A DNA stretch of 64,000 bases from Octopus vulgaris (taxonomy: Eukaryota): contig OX597829.1 in the NCBI GenBank assembly GCA_951406725.2, positions 7,936,001 to 8,000,000 of the forward strand, read 5' to 3'. The notes under the pieces were generated by a model that had not been told where the DNA came from, did not search any database, and worked only from the letters and a program-made list of their open reading frames with translations. Shown here in pieces: positions 11,869-27,048 of the stretch; the stretch's first letter is position 1; every line of letters begins with the position of its first letter. The translations under genes were made by a program, and so were the position numbers.

Positions 11869-13876
11869 TTGTAAATAAACTAAGATACAGATGTAACACA
11901 TCCCAAATGTATGCTTGTTGGGAAGATATATTTTATTTTCTCTTTACATAGATGCAAGTAAGCAAAATCCAAAATTACATAAAGATATACAACAACAACA
12001 ACAAAAATTGTTAAATTCACATAATTTGTCTCCATGTCAAAAACTTTCAACTATCTGCAACTGTGGTTGTACACCTGATATCTTGTCAAAAGAAAATCTG
12101 TTAATCAATATTGCTATCTCTACCTACCAGACATCTTTCAAACCCACATCAAACTATTAATGCCTCTACAGACACTTTACTCTAGATTGCTCCATTCTTC
12201 TAACTTTAGAAACATTTTTTTTAAATACTATTCTATTCCAAGTTCACAGACATTAAGTGAAATATATTATGATTAGAATAGGATACAAATCCTCATGTCT
12301 GTTTGGAAAAGTCTTCATCTTTTTGTCTACTATTATTTCTGCTTTCTCTCGTTTGGTATAACCAATGCTTCTATCTTGTTACTTAAAAGCATTAAATAAA
12401 TGAGCAACAAATCTCACTCTGGATAAAACTACAAGGAGAGAAACTGAAAAGAGCACTAAAAGTCAACAAAATTACTCAGTTTCACTAACTGATCTTATAG
12501 GCATAAAAGCAAAACCTCTCAGCACAACTTATTATCAATCAATGGCCTTCCACTGAAATGTTCCTATAATTTGCTTCATTCAATCAATACTAAAGTATAT
12601 GCCTCAGAGAACTTTTTGAACCTCAGATTCATTTGGTGTACCTGTTATTCTTCCACCAAAAATTAATCTACACTTTTTTCTGAGAGTTAAGACCACTGGA
12701 ATCTGTTTCTGTTCTGTGTTTTCCATCTTATAACAGTTTGGTTGAAACTGGACATTAGTAACTTTGTGTTGTCATCCTGATTAATCTTCAAGAGGGAAGA
12801 GGAGGAGTAAAGAGAGAAAACAGAATTGTATTTCCCTCTTTGATTAAAAAATATTTTAAAAAATTGAAATAAAAATACTAATGTAAATACTAATAAAAAT
12901 ACTAACGAGGAAAAAAAAAAAAAAACATTCATAAGATCTATTTCTGAAGAGAAAGTGTAGAAGAGAGTGCAGAAACAATATATTTTTAAAGTAGTAGATA
13001 TATGAAGCCATTTTCCATATGTTTTGCATGTATTTTATAAAATATAATCTATGAATCATTTTCTTGTAATTGTTCAATAAGAAATACCAGTAGAATCTGA
13101 ACTTATCTTTCCTAAATATCTTTGGTTATCATCAAACCAGCTGTTAAAGAAGAGCTTGTTTAAGCTTCATTTTGATGTTTGTGATAAACAAAACTGTACA
13201 CACATTACCTAACAATCTCTTTAAAGTCAAATAATGTCACTATAAGACATTTGGGGCTATGTAAGTAAGAGCTGAACTTTGAACAGAAATAAATTTGCAA
13301 CATACTGGTACACATGCAATATTACTAACTTAGATTGGAACGGAAGACAGCTGGAAAAAAAATTCTTTCCTTTTTTACAAGCTCAAAAGCCATGGAATGC
13401 AAGGAAAGTAATTTCTCTAATACAGACATATACATAATGGACAATAGCAATTGTAGGGGACACAGGCACAGATGATAAATGAAGTGGTTACATCAAACTA
13501 AAAGACTGTAAAACTCACATATGACATTAGTACAAAGTTGAAATGGATAAGTTTCAGGAAAATGCTGAAACTATAGCAGCAAAGAGAATCAGATTTAAAT
13601 GATAAAAGTGTATATATTGCTCTGTTTGAGAAATATGTCATTAAAAATTATATTGATGGTAGAAAAGACAAAATAGAATTCAACAGCATCATGTGGAGCA
13701 GGTAATCAAAGATGATATTTTAGAAATTGGAACGTAGTCATTTGATTCAACTTCAAAAATAATATGAATTAAAAGAATCTGGCTATGTGTAGAACAAAAA
13801 TCATAATTCTACAGCAAATTTGCATCATGCAAGAAGGAATGTCTAAAATCTTTAATTCATTCTCCAACAAGAACAA

Positions 13877-16256
13877 AACAAAACATTCCGTTCATCTTGC
13901 TGAGTCAAAACATTTCGTTCGTTTTGCGGAGTCAAAACATTTCGTTCGTTTTGCGGAGTCAAAATATTTCGTTCGTTTTGCTGAGTCAATACATTGCGTT
14001 CCTCTTGCTGAGTCAAAACATTTTGTTCGTCTGGCTGATTCAAAAAATTTCATTCGTTTTACTGAGTCAATACATTTCGTTCGTTTTCCTGAGTCAATAC
14101 ATTTCGTTCATCTTGCAGAGTCAAAACATTCCTTTCGTCTTGCTGAGTCAAAACATTTCGTTTGTTTTGCTGAGACAAAACATTCCGTTCATCTTGCTGA
14201 GTCAAGACATTTCGTTCGTCTTGCTCAGTCAAAACATTTCGTTCGTATTCCTGAGTCAAAACATTTCGTTCGTTTTCCTGAGTCAAAACATTTCATTTGA
14301 TTTCCTGAGTCAAAACATTCCGTTCGTCTTGCTGAGTCAAAACATTTCGTTCATCTGCTGAGTCAAAACATTTCCTTTGTCTTGCTGAGCCAAAACATTT
14401 CGTTCGTCTTGCTGAGTCAAAACATTTCGTTTGTCTTGCTGAGTCAAAATATTTCGTTCATCTTGCTGAGTCGAAACATTTCATTCGTTTTGCTGAGTCA
14501 AAACATTTCATTTGTTTTGCTGAGTCAAAATCTCTCATTCGTCTTGCTGAGTCAAAAAATTTCATTCGTCTTGCTGAGTCAATACATTTCATTCGTTTTG
14601 CTGAGTCAAAACATTTCATTCGTCTTGCTGAGTCAAAACATTTCATTCGTCTTGCTGAGTCAAAACATTTCATTCGTTTTGCTGAGTCAAAACATTTCCT
14701 TTGTCTTGCTGACTCAAAACATTTCATTCTTCTTGCTGAGTCAAAACATTTCATTTGTTTTGCTGAGTCAAAACATTTCCTTTGTCTTTCTGAGTCAAAA
14801 CATTTCATTCGTTTTGCTGAGTCAAAACATTTCATTCGTCTTGCTGAGTCAAAGCATTTCATTCGTTTTGCTGAGTCAAAGCATTTCATTCGTTTTGCTG
14901 AGTCAAAACATTTCATTCGTCTTTCTGAGTCAAAACATTTCATTCGTTTTCCTGAGTCAAAACATGTCATTCGTTTTGCTGAGTCAAAACATCTCATTCG
15001 TTTTGATGAGTCAAAACATTTCATTCGTCTTGCTGAGTCAAAACATTTCATTCATTTTGCTGAGTCAAAGCATTCCTTTGTCTTCCTGAGTCAAAACATT
15101 TCATTCGTTTTGCTGTGTCAAAACATCTCATTCATCTTGCTGAGTCAAAACATTTCCTTTGTCTTGCTGAGTCAAAACATTTCATTCGTTTTGCTGAGTC
15201 AAAACATTTCATTCGTTTTGCTGAGTAAAAACATCTCATTCGTTTTGCTGAGTCAAAACATTTCATTCGTCTTGCTGAGTCAAAACATTTCATTCGTTTT
15301 GCTGAATCAAAACATTTCATTCGTCTTGCTGAGTGAAAACATTTCATTCGTTTTGCTGAGTCAAAACATTTCATTCGTCTTGCTGAGTGAAAACATTTCA
15401 TTCGTTTTGCTGAATCAAAACATTTCATTCGTCTTGCTGAGTCAAAACATTTCATTCGTTTTCCTGAGTCAAAACATGTCATTCGTTTTGCTGAGTCAAA
15501 ACATTTCATTCGTTTTGCTGAGTCAAAACATTTCATTCGTTTTGCTGAATCAAAACATTTCATTCGTTTTGCTGAGTCAAAACATTTCATTCGTTTTCCT
15601 GAGTCAAAATATTTCATTCGTTTTGCTGAGTCAAAACATCTCCTTCGTTTTGATGAGTCAAAACATTCCTTTGTCTTGCTGAGTCAAAATATTTCATTCG
15701 TTTTGCTGAGTCAAAACATCTCCTTCGTCTTGCTAAGTCAAAACATTTCATTCATTTTGCTGAGTCAAAACATTCCTTTGTCTTGCTGAGTCAAAACATT
15801 TCATTCGTTTTGCTGAGTCAAAATATTTCCTTTGTCTTGCTGAGTCAAAACATCTCATTCGTTTTGCTGAGTCAAAATATTTCATTCGTCTTGCTGAGTC
15901 AAAACATTTCATTCGGTTTGCTGAGTCAAAGCATTTCATTCATTTTGCTGAGTCAAAGCATTTCATTCGTCTTGCTGAGTAAAAACATCTCATTCGTTTT
16001 GATGAGTAAAAACATCTCATTCGTCTTGCTGAGTCAAAACATTTCATTCATTTTGCTGAGTCAAAACATTTCATTCGTTTTGCTGAGTCAAAACATTTCA
16101 TTCGTTTTGCTGAGTCAAAACATTTCATTCGTTTTGCTGAGTCAAAACATTTCATTCGTCTTGCTGAGTCAAAACATTTCATTCGTCTTGCTGAGTCAAA
16201 ACATTTCATTCGTCTTGCTGAGTCAAAACATTTCCTTTGTCTTGCTGAGTCAAGAC
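13877..16256. repeat. 27-bp minisatellite, about 88 units, consensus GCTGAGTCAAAACATTTCATTCGTTTT
   Basis: Direct inspection; 9-aa periodicity in ORF translations ([27 protein letters not shown]); copy number estimated as length/27. Confidence 0.98.
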
Positions 16257-16468
16257 ATATATATATACATACATACATATACGTACATATATATACATAC
16301 ATACATATACATACATATATATATATATATATACATATATATATACATACATACATACATATACATACATACATATATATATATATACATACATACATAC
16401 ATATACATACATACATACATATATATATATACATACATATAAATACATACATACATATACATACATAC

Positions 16469-16513
<45 letters not shown>

Positions 16514-16898
16514 CATGTTCATACATACATATATATACATATATATATATACATACACATATATATATACATACACTTATATATACATACATATAAATAC
16601 ATACATATATATACAGATACATATATATATACATATATATACATACATATATATATACATACATATATATATACATATATATACATACATATATATATAC
16701 ATACATATATACATACATATATATATACATACATATATATATACATACATATACATACATATATATATACATACATATATATATACATACATATATATAT
16801 ATATACATATATATACATATATATATACATACATATATATAGATACATATATATATACATACATACATATATATATACATATATATATACATACATAC

Positions 16899-16929
<31 letters not shown>

Positions 16930-16933
16930 CATA
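16257..16933. repeat. compound (TA)n/(TACA)n microsatellite
   Basis: Direct inspection. Confidence 0.98.
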
Positions 16934-18237
16934 CTGGGTGTTGAAACAGCTACTAAATGGCTCAAATGTGGGTGTGATATATCCCGACTTTGTAAAAGCC
17001 TTTGATAAGATCGACCATGGTATGATCTGTCACAAACTGCGTGGTCTCGGCACAGGCGGAAAACTTGGAGAGTGGCTGCACAACTTCCTAAAAGACAGAA
17101 AACAGGCAGTTGTGAGCAATGGAGCCACCTCCAAGGAAACACAAATAACAAGCGGTGTCCCACAGGGCACTGTCTTGGGGCCACTGATGTTCATAGTGTC
17201 CCTTTCAGCCATGCCTTCAGTTGCTACGATGACCACCCTTGCTAGCTATGCAGATGTCACAAATGTCTCCCACGGAATATAAAACCCTGAAAATATTGCG
17301 CATCTGCAACATGAGCTGGACACAATATACAGGTGGGCTGAGGACAACAACATGCAGTTTAATGCAGGTAAGTTCCAGGCCCTGCGTTACTGACACACAA
17401 AGGTAAACGACGTGCAGACTGGATACACTGGCCCAGGAAGAATTGCAGTCCCTGAGTCAAAATCATGCGTGACCTGGGCATTGACATGAGCAATGATGCA
17501 TCTTTCCAAATGCATATTGCTAATCTGGTGATAAAATGCAGACGACTAGCTGGATGGATTCTCCGAACTTTCAGAACAAGAGAGAAGGAGACATTGATGG
17601 TCCTATGGAAAACATTCGTCCTCAGCCGCTTGGACTACTGCTCCCAACTTTGGTCACCACACAATATAAAACTAACAACAGAACTCGAAGCAATTCAGAG
17701 AAGCTACACAAAGAAAATCGTCTCAATGCAAAATATCAGCTACTGGGAAAGACTGAAGGTATTAAACCTCTTCTCCCTAGAGCGGAGGCGAGAGAGATAT
17801 GCGGCGATATACATCTGGAAAATCCTGGAGGGTCTTGTCCCAAACTTTGGCATTCAAAGTTACTCCAACCGCAGAATGGGGCGCCACTGCATGGTGCCAA
17901 GGATTCCAACATCACCATCAAAATACAGGTCCAGATACTGCAACAGCTTGGGTTTCAGAGGACCACAGCTCTTTAACATCCTCCCTAAATGCCTGAGAGA
18001 CTTACATGGTGTGGATGTGGGTTTCTTTAAAACTAAACTGGATCTCTTCTTGTCGGGAGTCCCAGATGAGCCTACCTCACAACAGGAGACGCGGATGCGG
18101 GCTGCAGCATCGAACTCCCTTGTTGATCAAGTGCCACGTATCTGAGGTGGATTAACAAATTAGTGTAGCTCATTCAGCGGTGGTGCCCCAGCATGGCCGC
18201 GGCCCTCGGGCTACAACATTGTTAAGGATTTAGGATT
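16934..18237 (+). mobile_element. 5'-truncated CR1-group LINE, RT domain with stops and frameshift
   Basis: [34 protein letters not shown], then MRDLGI..SRLDYCSQLWSP..SLERRRERY..FKTKLDLFL; in-frame stops near 17280 and 17391; 3' tail ggtggtgccccagcatggccgcggccctcgggct. Confidence 0.93.
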
Positions 18238-18704
18238 TATATACATACATATATATATATACATATATACATACATATATACATACATATATACATACAT
18301 ATATATATACATATATACATACATATATATATATACATATATACATACATATATATATACATATATACATACATATATACATACATACATACATACATAT
18401 ATACATACATACATACATACATATATATATATACATACATACATACATACATATATATATACATACATATATATATATATATACATACATATATATATAT
18501 ATATACATACATACATATATATATATATATACATACATACATACATATATATATATATATACATACATATATATATATATATATATACATACATATATAT
18601 ATATACATACATATATATATATACATACATACATATATACATATATACATACGGCTGAAACAAGTAAAAGAGTAAAAGAGTATAGAGTATACATACATAC
18701 ATAT

Positions 18705-18737
<33 letters not shown>

Positions 18738-18876
18738 CATACATACATACATACATATATATATACATATATACATACATACATATATATATATACATAC
18801 ATATATATATACATATATACATACGGCTGAAACAAGTAAAAGAGTAAAAGAGTATAGAGTATACATACATACATAT

Positions 18877-18909
<33 letters not shown>

Positions 18910-19296
18910 CATACATACATACATACATATATATATATATACATACATACATATATATACATACATACATACATATATACATACATATATATATATATAC
19001 ATACATATATACATACATATATATACATACATACATATATACATACATATATATATATATATACATACATACATACATACATATATATATATATACATAC
19101 ATACATATATACATACATATATATATATATACATACATACATATATACATACATATATATATATACATACATACATATATACATACATATATATATATAC
19201 ATACATACATATATACATACATATATATATATATATACATACATACATATATATATATACATACATACATATATACATACATATATATATATATAT

Positions 19297-19329
<33 letters not shown>

Positions 19330-19724
19330 TATATATACATACATATATACATACATACATACATACATATATACATACATCTATATATATATATACATAC
19401 ATACATATATACATACATATATATATATATATACACATACATACATATATACATACATATATATATATATATATATACATACATACATATATACATACAT
19501 ATATATATATATATATACATACATACATATATACATACATATATATATATATACATACATACATATATACATACATATATATATATATATATACATACAT
19601 ACATATATACATACATATATATATATATATATACATACATACATATATACATACATATATATATATATATATACATACATACATATATACATACATATAT
19701 ATATATATATACATACATACATAT

Positions 19725-19755
<31 letters not shown>

Positions 19756-19860
19756 CATACATACATATATACATACATATATATATATATATATACATAC
19801 ATACATATACACATACATATATATATACATATACATACATATATACATATACATACATAT

Positions 19861-19891
<31 letters not shown>

Positions 19892-19924
19892 CATACATAT
19901 ATACATACATATATATATATATAT

Positions 19925-19967
<43 letters not shown>

Positions 19968-20358
19968 CATACATATATATACATATATATACATACATAT
20001 ATATATATATATATACATATATATACATACATACATACATATATATATATACATATATATACATACATACATATATATATACATATATATACATACATAC
20101 ATATATATATATACATATATATACATACATACATATATATATATACATATATATACATACATACATATATATATATACATATATATACATACATACATAT
20201 ATATATACATATATATACATACATACATATATATACATACATACATATATATATACATATATATACATACATACATATATATATACACATATATATACAT
20301 ACATACATATATATATACATATATATATACATACATACATATATATATACATATATAT

Positions 20359-20391
<33 letters not shown>

Positions 20392-20567
20392 CATACATAC
20401 ATATATATATATACATACATACATACATACATATATATACATATACATACATACATACATATATATACATATACATACATACATACATATATATACATAC
20501 ATACATACATATATATACATACATACATACATATATATATACATACATACATATATACATACATACA

Positions 20568-20599
<32 letters not shown>

Positions 20600-20786
20600 C
20601 ATATATATACATACATACATATATATATATACATACATACATATATATATATATACATACATACATATATATATACATACATACATATATACATACATAC
20701 ATACATATATACATACATACATACATACATATATATATATACATACATACATACATATATATATATACATACATACATACATATAT

Positions 20787-20819
<33 letters not shown>

Positions 20820-20956
20820 TATACATACATATATATATACATATATATATACATACATATATATATACATACATATATATATATACATATATATATACAT
20901 ACATATATATATATACACATATATATATACACATATATATACATATATATATATAC

Positions 20957-21015
<59 letters not shown>

Positions 21016-21016
21016 C

Positions 21017-21111
<95 letters not shown>

Positions 21112-21204
21112 TATATACATATATATATACATATATATATACATATATATATACATATATATATATACATATATATATACATATATATATACATATATAT
21201 ATAC

Positions 21205-21249
<45 letters not shown>

Positions 21250-21363
21250 TATATACATATATATATACATATATATATATACATATATATATACATATAT
21301 ATACATATATATATACATATATATACATACATATATATACATATATATATATATACATATATA
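18238..21363. repeat. 3.1-kb compound (TA)n/(TACA)n microsatellite containing two short SINE-tail inserts
   Basis: Direct inspection; inserts cggctgaaacaagtaaaagagtaaaagagtatagag near 18652 and 18824. Confidence 0.98.
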
Positions 21364-22280
21364 ACTACAAAATTAGAGAATGGAGAAACATACTTAAATC
21401 AGTAAAACATCAACTATCCGATGATACTCAATCCATACTTTAATACACCATTACATATGAGTAAAGGCAATATATAAAATGAAATGAGATATACAGTAAT
21501 AGTAAAAAGATAAAGAGATATAAGTAAAAAATTTCAAATATAATATGCAAATAAATCAAAACTGACAGCTGTTTCGGCAGTGAGGGCAGTCATACCTCAT
21601 TTAACCTATAAGCCATAAAGGCAGGTATAAATGAGGCATTAACAAGGATGCCCCACGGACCTGTTCAGAGAATTAAATTAAATTTGTTATAATAGTGAAA
21701 AATATTATATAATCATATACATATAAATATAAAAATATAAAAATGTATTTATATGTATATGATTATATAATATTTTTCACTATTATAACAAATTTAATTT
21801 AATTCTCTGAAGAGGCCGTGGGGCATCCTTGTTAATGCCTCATTTATACCTGCCTTTATGGCTTATAGGTTAAATGAGGTATGACTGTCCTCACTGCCGA
21901 AACAGCTGTCAGTTTTGATTTATTTGCATATTATATTTGAAATTTTTTACTTATATCTCTTTATCTTTTTACTATTACTGTATAACTCATTTCATTTTAT
22001 GTATTGCCTTTACTCATATGTAATGGTGTATTAAAGTATGGATTGAGTATCATCGGATAGTTGATGTTTTACTGATTTAAGTATATTTCTCCATTCTCTA
22101 ATTTTGTAGTATTAATTTACGGTAATATTATTACCTTTACCCATATAATGCAATAGATGAACTGATTGTTTGACAATTTTTAACATCTATGTATTAATTT
22201 TGTTGGGTACCTATCTAGCAGTATATTGGATATATATTATCCCATGGTGGGTTGAATTTTCAACCCCTATCTCATTTTAT
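21364..22280 (+). mobile_element. ORF-less palindromic element (366-bp inverted arms plus about 170-bp extension), probably a Penelope-like pseudo-LTR derivative
   Basis: 21364-21729 is the reverse complement of 21746-22110 with a few mismatches and a 16-nt spacer; contains a hammerhead motif; homologous to about 28700-29049. Confidence 0.8.
21801..21916 (+). ncRNA. type I hammerhead ribozyme motif with long stem II (family A)
   Basis: CTGAAGA 21807-21813; stem II GGC..GCC extended by gtgggg/cctcac and atgcctcattta/taaatgaggtat; GAAAC 21899-21903; palindromic stem III ACAGCTGT; GUC cleavage triplet ending 21910; stem I short (ct/ag). Confidence 0.75.
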
Positions 22281-23386
<1,106 letters not shown>

Positions 23387-23778
23387 ATATAATATTAATT
23401 AGAGACAAAACCACTATTTTGCAAATCAAACAAGGAAAGACTTAATCAATACATAAAAAAATTTTAATATAAAGTAAATAAATCACCACTACAATTGTTT
23501 CCTGTCTTCAAATGACATTCATAACTTTAAAATTGAATAGAAGATATGAAATCCACCTGATGAATGTCATTTGAAGACAGGAAACAATTGTAGTGGCGAT
23601 TTATTTACTTTATATTAAAATTTTTTTATGTATTGATTAAGTCTTTTCTTGTTTGATTTGCAAAATAGTGGTTTTGTCTCTAATTAATATTATATAATAT
23701 TTTACTATAAAATTGGATTCAATCCTAAATCTGATTTTTCCCTGTAAATTTGGATTTATTCCCTAATATTTATTATTA
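23387..23778 (+). mobile_element. ORF-less palindromic element (136-bp inverted arms, 37-nt spacer, about 80-bp extension), probably a Penelope-like pseudo-LTR derivative
   Basis: 23387-23522 is the reverse complement of 23560-23695; the hammerhead motif spans the spacer/right-arm junction. Confidence 0.8.
23549..23602 (+). ncRNA. type I hammerhead ribozyme motif (family B)
   Basis: Stem I CCAC(23553-56)/GTGG(23593-96); CTGATGA 23557-23563; stem II TGTC/GACA with an A.G opposition next to the core; GAAAC 23581-85; palindromic stem III ACAATTGT; GUA triplet ending 23592. Confidence 0.75.
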
Positions 23779-23800
23779 CATACATACATATATATATATA

Positions 23801-25031
23801 CGAAGAGATCATGCTTGACCAACTTACTAGTAATGGAAGAATTGGTGACGCGCATCCTCGATGATAGTGATGCTGTTGACATCGTTTTACTGGACTTTGC
23901 CAAAGCTTTTGACTCGGTAAACCACCGCCTATTACTTGTCAAGCTTCAAGCCTATAGTTTCCATCCGGATATTGTACGATGGGTTGGTGCCTTCCTCTCA
24001 GATCGCTCCTTCCAAGTCCAAGTTAATGGTTCGCGGTCCGACGTCTCCAGTACGAGCAGTGGCGTGCCTCAAGGTTCAGTGCTTGGGCCCTTGTTGTTCT
24101 TAGTCTTCATAAATGACTTGCCCGACGACCTCACGCAACACACCCTTCAATTTGCCGACGATATCAAACTGGTCGCTCCTCGCGGTAATATAGAGGATCT
24201 TCGTCGATGCCTCCACCAAATTTGGAAGTGGTCTAACGATTGGGACCTGTGTCTGAACGTGTCAAAGTGCTGTCATCTGCCTGTCAGCTCTACTCCTGCA
24301 ACTCAACTTGATTTCGAGCCGGGTCGTCTGCTGCTGGAGAGGACCGATCAGGTAAAGGACCTAGGTATCTTGGTGGATTCCTCCTTTTCGCCTTCGGCCC
24401 AGTGCGTCCATGCTGCCAACAAAACACGCGAAATTCTGTTCTTGATTCGACGGTCATTCGGAATGCTCACAGCAGCCATATTCCTACCACTCTATGTCAC
24501 GCTGGTGAGACCCATATTGGAGTATGGGATTCAAGCCTCTTCTCCTTATCTCCTCAAAGACATACAGCATCTCGAAAGAGTCCAGAAGCTGGCTACCCGC
24601 ATGGTTCATGGTCTCAAATATTTGTCCTACGAAGAAAGGCTGAGGACATTCGACCTTTATTCTCTTGAAAAACGCCGCCGCCGTAGTGATCTCATTCTCG
24701 CCCACAATATCATAAGCGGAAAGTGTAACCTCTCGAAAGAGCTGTTCTTCACTCCTGCTCCAGAGCGTCGGCTGCGGGGTCATTCCGAGAAGCTCTACCT
24801 GCGACGATTTCATCTCAATCGAAGGAGAGGAGCTTTCTCCGTCCAGGTTGCAGATCCGTGGAACAAGCTGCCAGACGAGATGGTAAAGATGCCGACGACC
24901 GCTTTGTTCAAAGCCTCCCTGGACCTCAAGTGGCCTGAACTCTTTACATGAACACCACCCTGTACTTAACTCCATGTCCCCCTACATGGCCTTGCTATTT
25001 GCTTTTGAGCCAAATTAACTAACTAACTAAC
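23801..25031 (+). mobile_element. young 5'-truncated CR1-group LINE with uninterrupted RT reading frame
   Basis: ORF 23815..24951: LDFAKAFDSV, SGVPQGSVLGPLLF, FADDIKL, KDLGI, RPILEY, WNKLP; short 3' UTR ending in (TAAC)n; both flanks are microsatellite. Confidence 0.96.
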
Positions 25032-25119
25032 ATACATACATATACATATATATACATACATACATATATATACATACATACATATATACATACATACATA
25101 CATATATACATATATATAC

Positions 25120-25150
<31 letters not shown>

Positions 25151-25759
25151 CATACATACATATATACATACATATATACATACATACATATATACATACA
25201 TACATATATATACATACATACATATATACATATATATACATACATACATATATATACATACATACATATATACATACATACATATATACATATATACATA
25301 CATACATATATACATATATATATATATACATACATACATATATACATACATACATATATACATACATACATATATACATACATATATACATATATATATA
25401 CATACATATATATATATACATATATATACATACATATATATATATACATATATATATATACATACATATATATATATACATATATATATATACATACATA
25501 TATATATATACATACATATACATACATACATATATACATACATATACATACATACATATATACATACATATACATACATACATATATACATACATATACA
25601 TATATATATATATACATACATACATACATACACATATATATACATACATATACATATATATACATACATACATATACATATATATACATACATACATATA
25701 CATATATATATATACATACATATACATATATATATATACATACATATATATATACATAC

Positions 25760-25792
<33 letters not shown>

Positions 25793-26460
25793 CATACATA
25801 CATACATATATATACATATATATATATATATACACATACATACATACATATATATATATACACATACATACATACATATATATATACACATACATACATA
25901 CATATATACACATACATACACATACATACATACATATATACACATACATACATACATATATATATATATACATACATACATACATATATATATATACATA
26001 CATACATACATATATACACATACATACATACATACATATATATATATACATACATACATACATACATATATATATATACATACATACATATATATATATA
26101 CATATATATATATACATATATATATATATACATACATACATATATATATACATATATATATATACATACATACATATACATACATACATATATATATATA
26201 CATATATATATATACATACATACATATACATACATACATATATATATATACATATATATATATATACATACATACATATATATATATACATATATATATA
26301 TACATATATATATACATACATACATATACATACATATATATATATACATATATATATATATACATACATACATACATATATATATATACATATATATATA
26401 CATACATACATATACATACATACATATACATACATATACATACATACATATACATACATA

Positions 26461-26496
<36 letters not shown>

Positions 26497-26603
26497 TATA
26501 CATATATATATACATACATACATACATATACATATATATATACATACATACATACACATATATATATACATACATACATACATATATATACATACATATA
26601 TAC

Positions 26604-26634
<31 letters not shown>

Positions 26635-27048
26635 CATATATATATACATACATCATATATATACATATATATATATACATACATACATATATATACATAT
26701 ATATATATACATACATACATATATATACATATATATATATACATACATACATATATATACATATATATATACATACATACATATATATACATATATATAT
26801 ACATACATACATATATATACATATATATATACATACATACATATACATATATATATACATACATACATATACATATATATATACATACATACATATATAT
26901 ACATATATATATACATACATACATATATATACATATATATATACATACATACATATATATACATATATATATATACACATACATACACACATATATATAT
27001 ATACATACATACATATACATATATACATACATACATACATATATATAC
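25032..27048. repeat. 2-kb compound (TACA)n/(TA)n microsatellite
   Basis: Direct inspection. Confidence 0.98.

Noticed and set aside
13785-16442. Repetitive ORFs (LLSQNISFV)n, (AESKHFVRF)n and (MKCFDSAKR)n as a repeat protein, or the array as a CRISPR
   Set aside because: The 27-bp unit is open in several frames on both strands, indels shift frames, and there is no codon-position bias evident. There are no unique spacers and no cas genes, and the context is eukaryotic.
21561-21672. Minus-strand hammerhead in the left arm of the palindrome as an active ribozyme
   Set aside because: The core reads CTGAACA (G8C) and there is an extra base at the foot of stem II, so it is predicted inactive; recorded only as part of the palindrome.
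23815-24951. Intact RT ORF as a domesticated host gene or a bacterial retron/group II RT
   Set aside because: It begins mid-domain at a microsatellite junction without a true ATG, and ends in a LINE-type short UTR with a (TAAC)n tail. It is a young 5'-truncated CR1-group copy.
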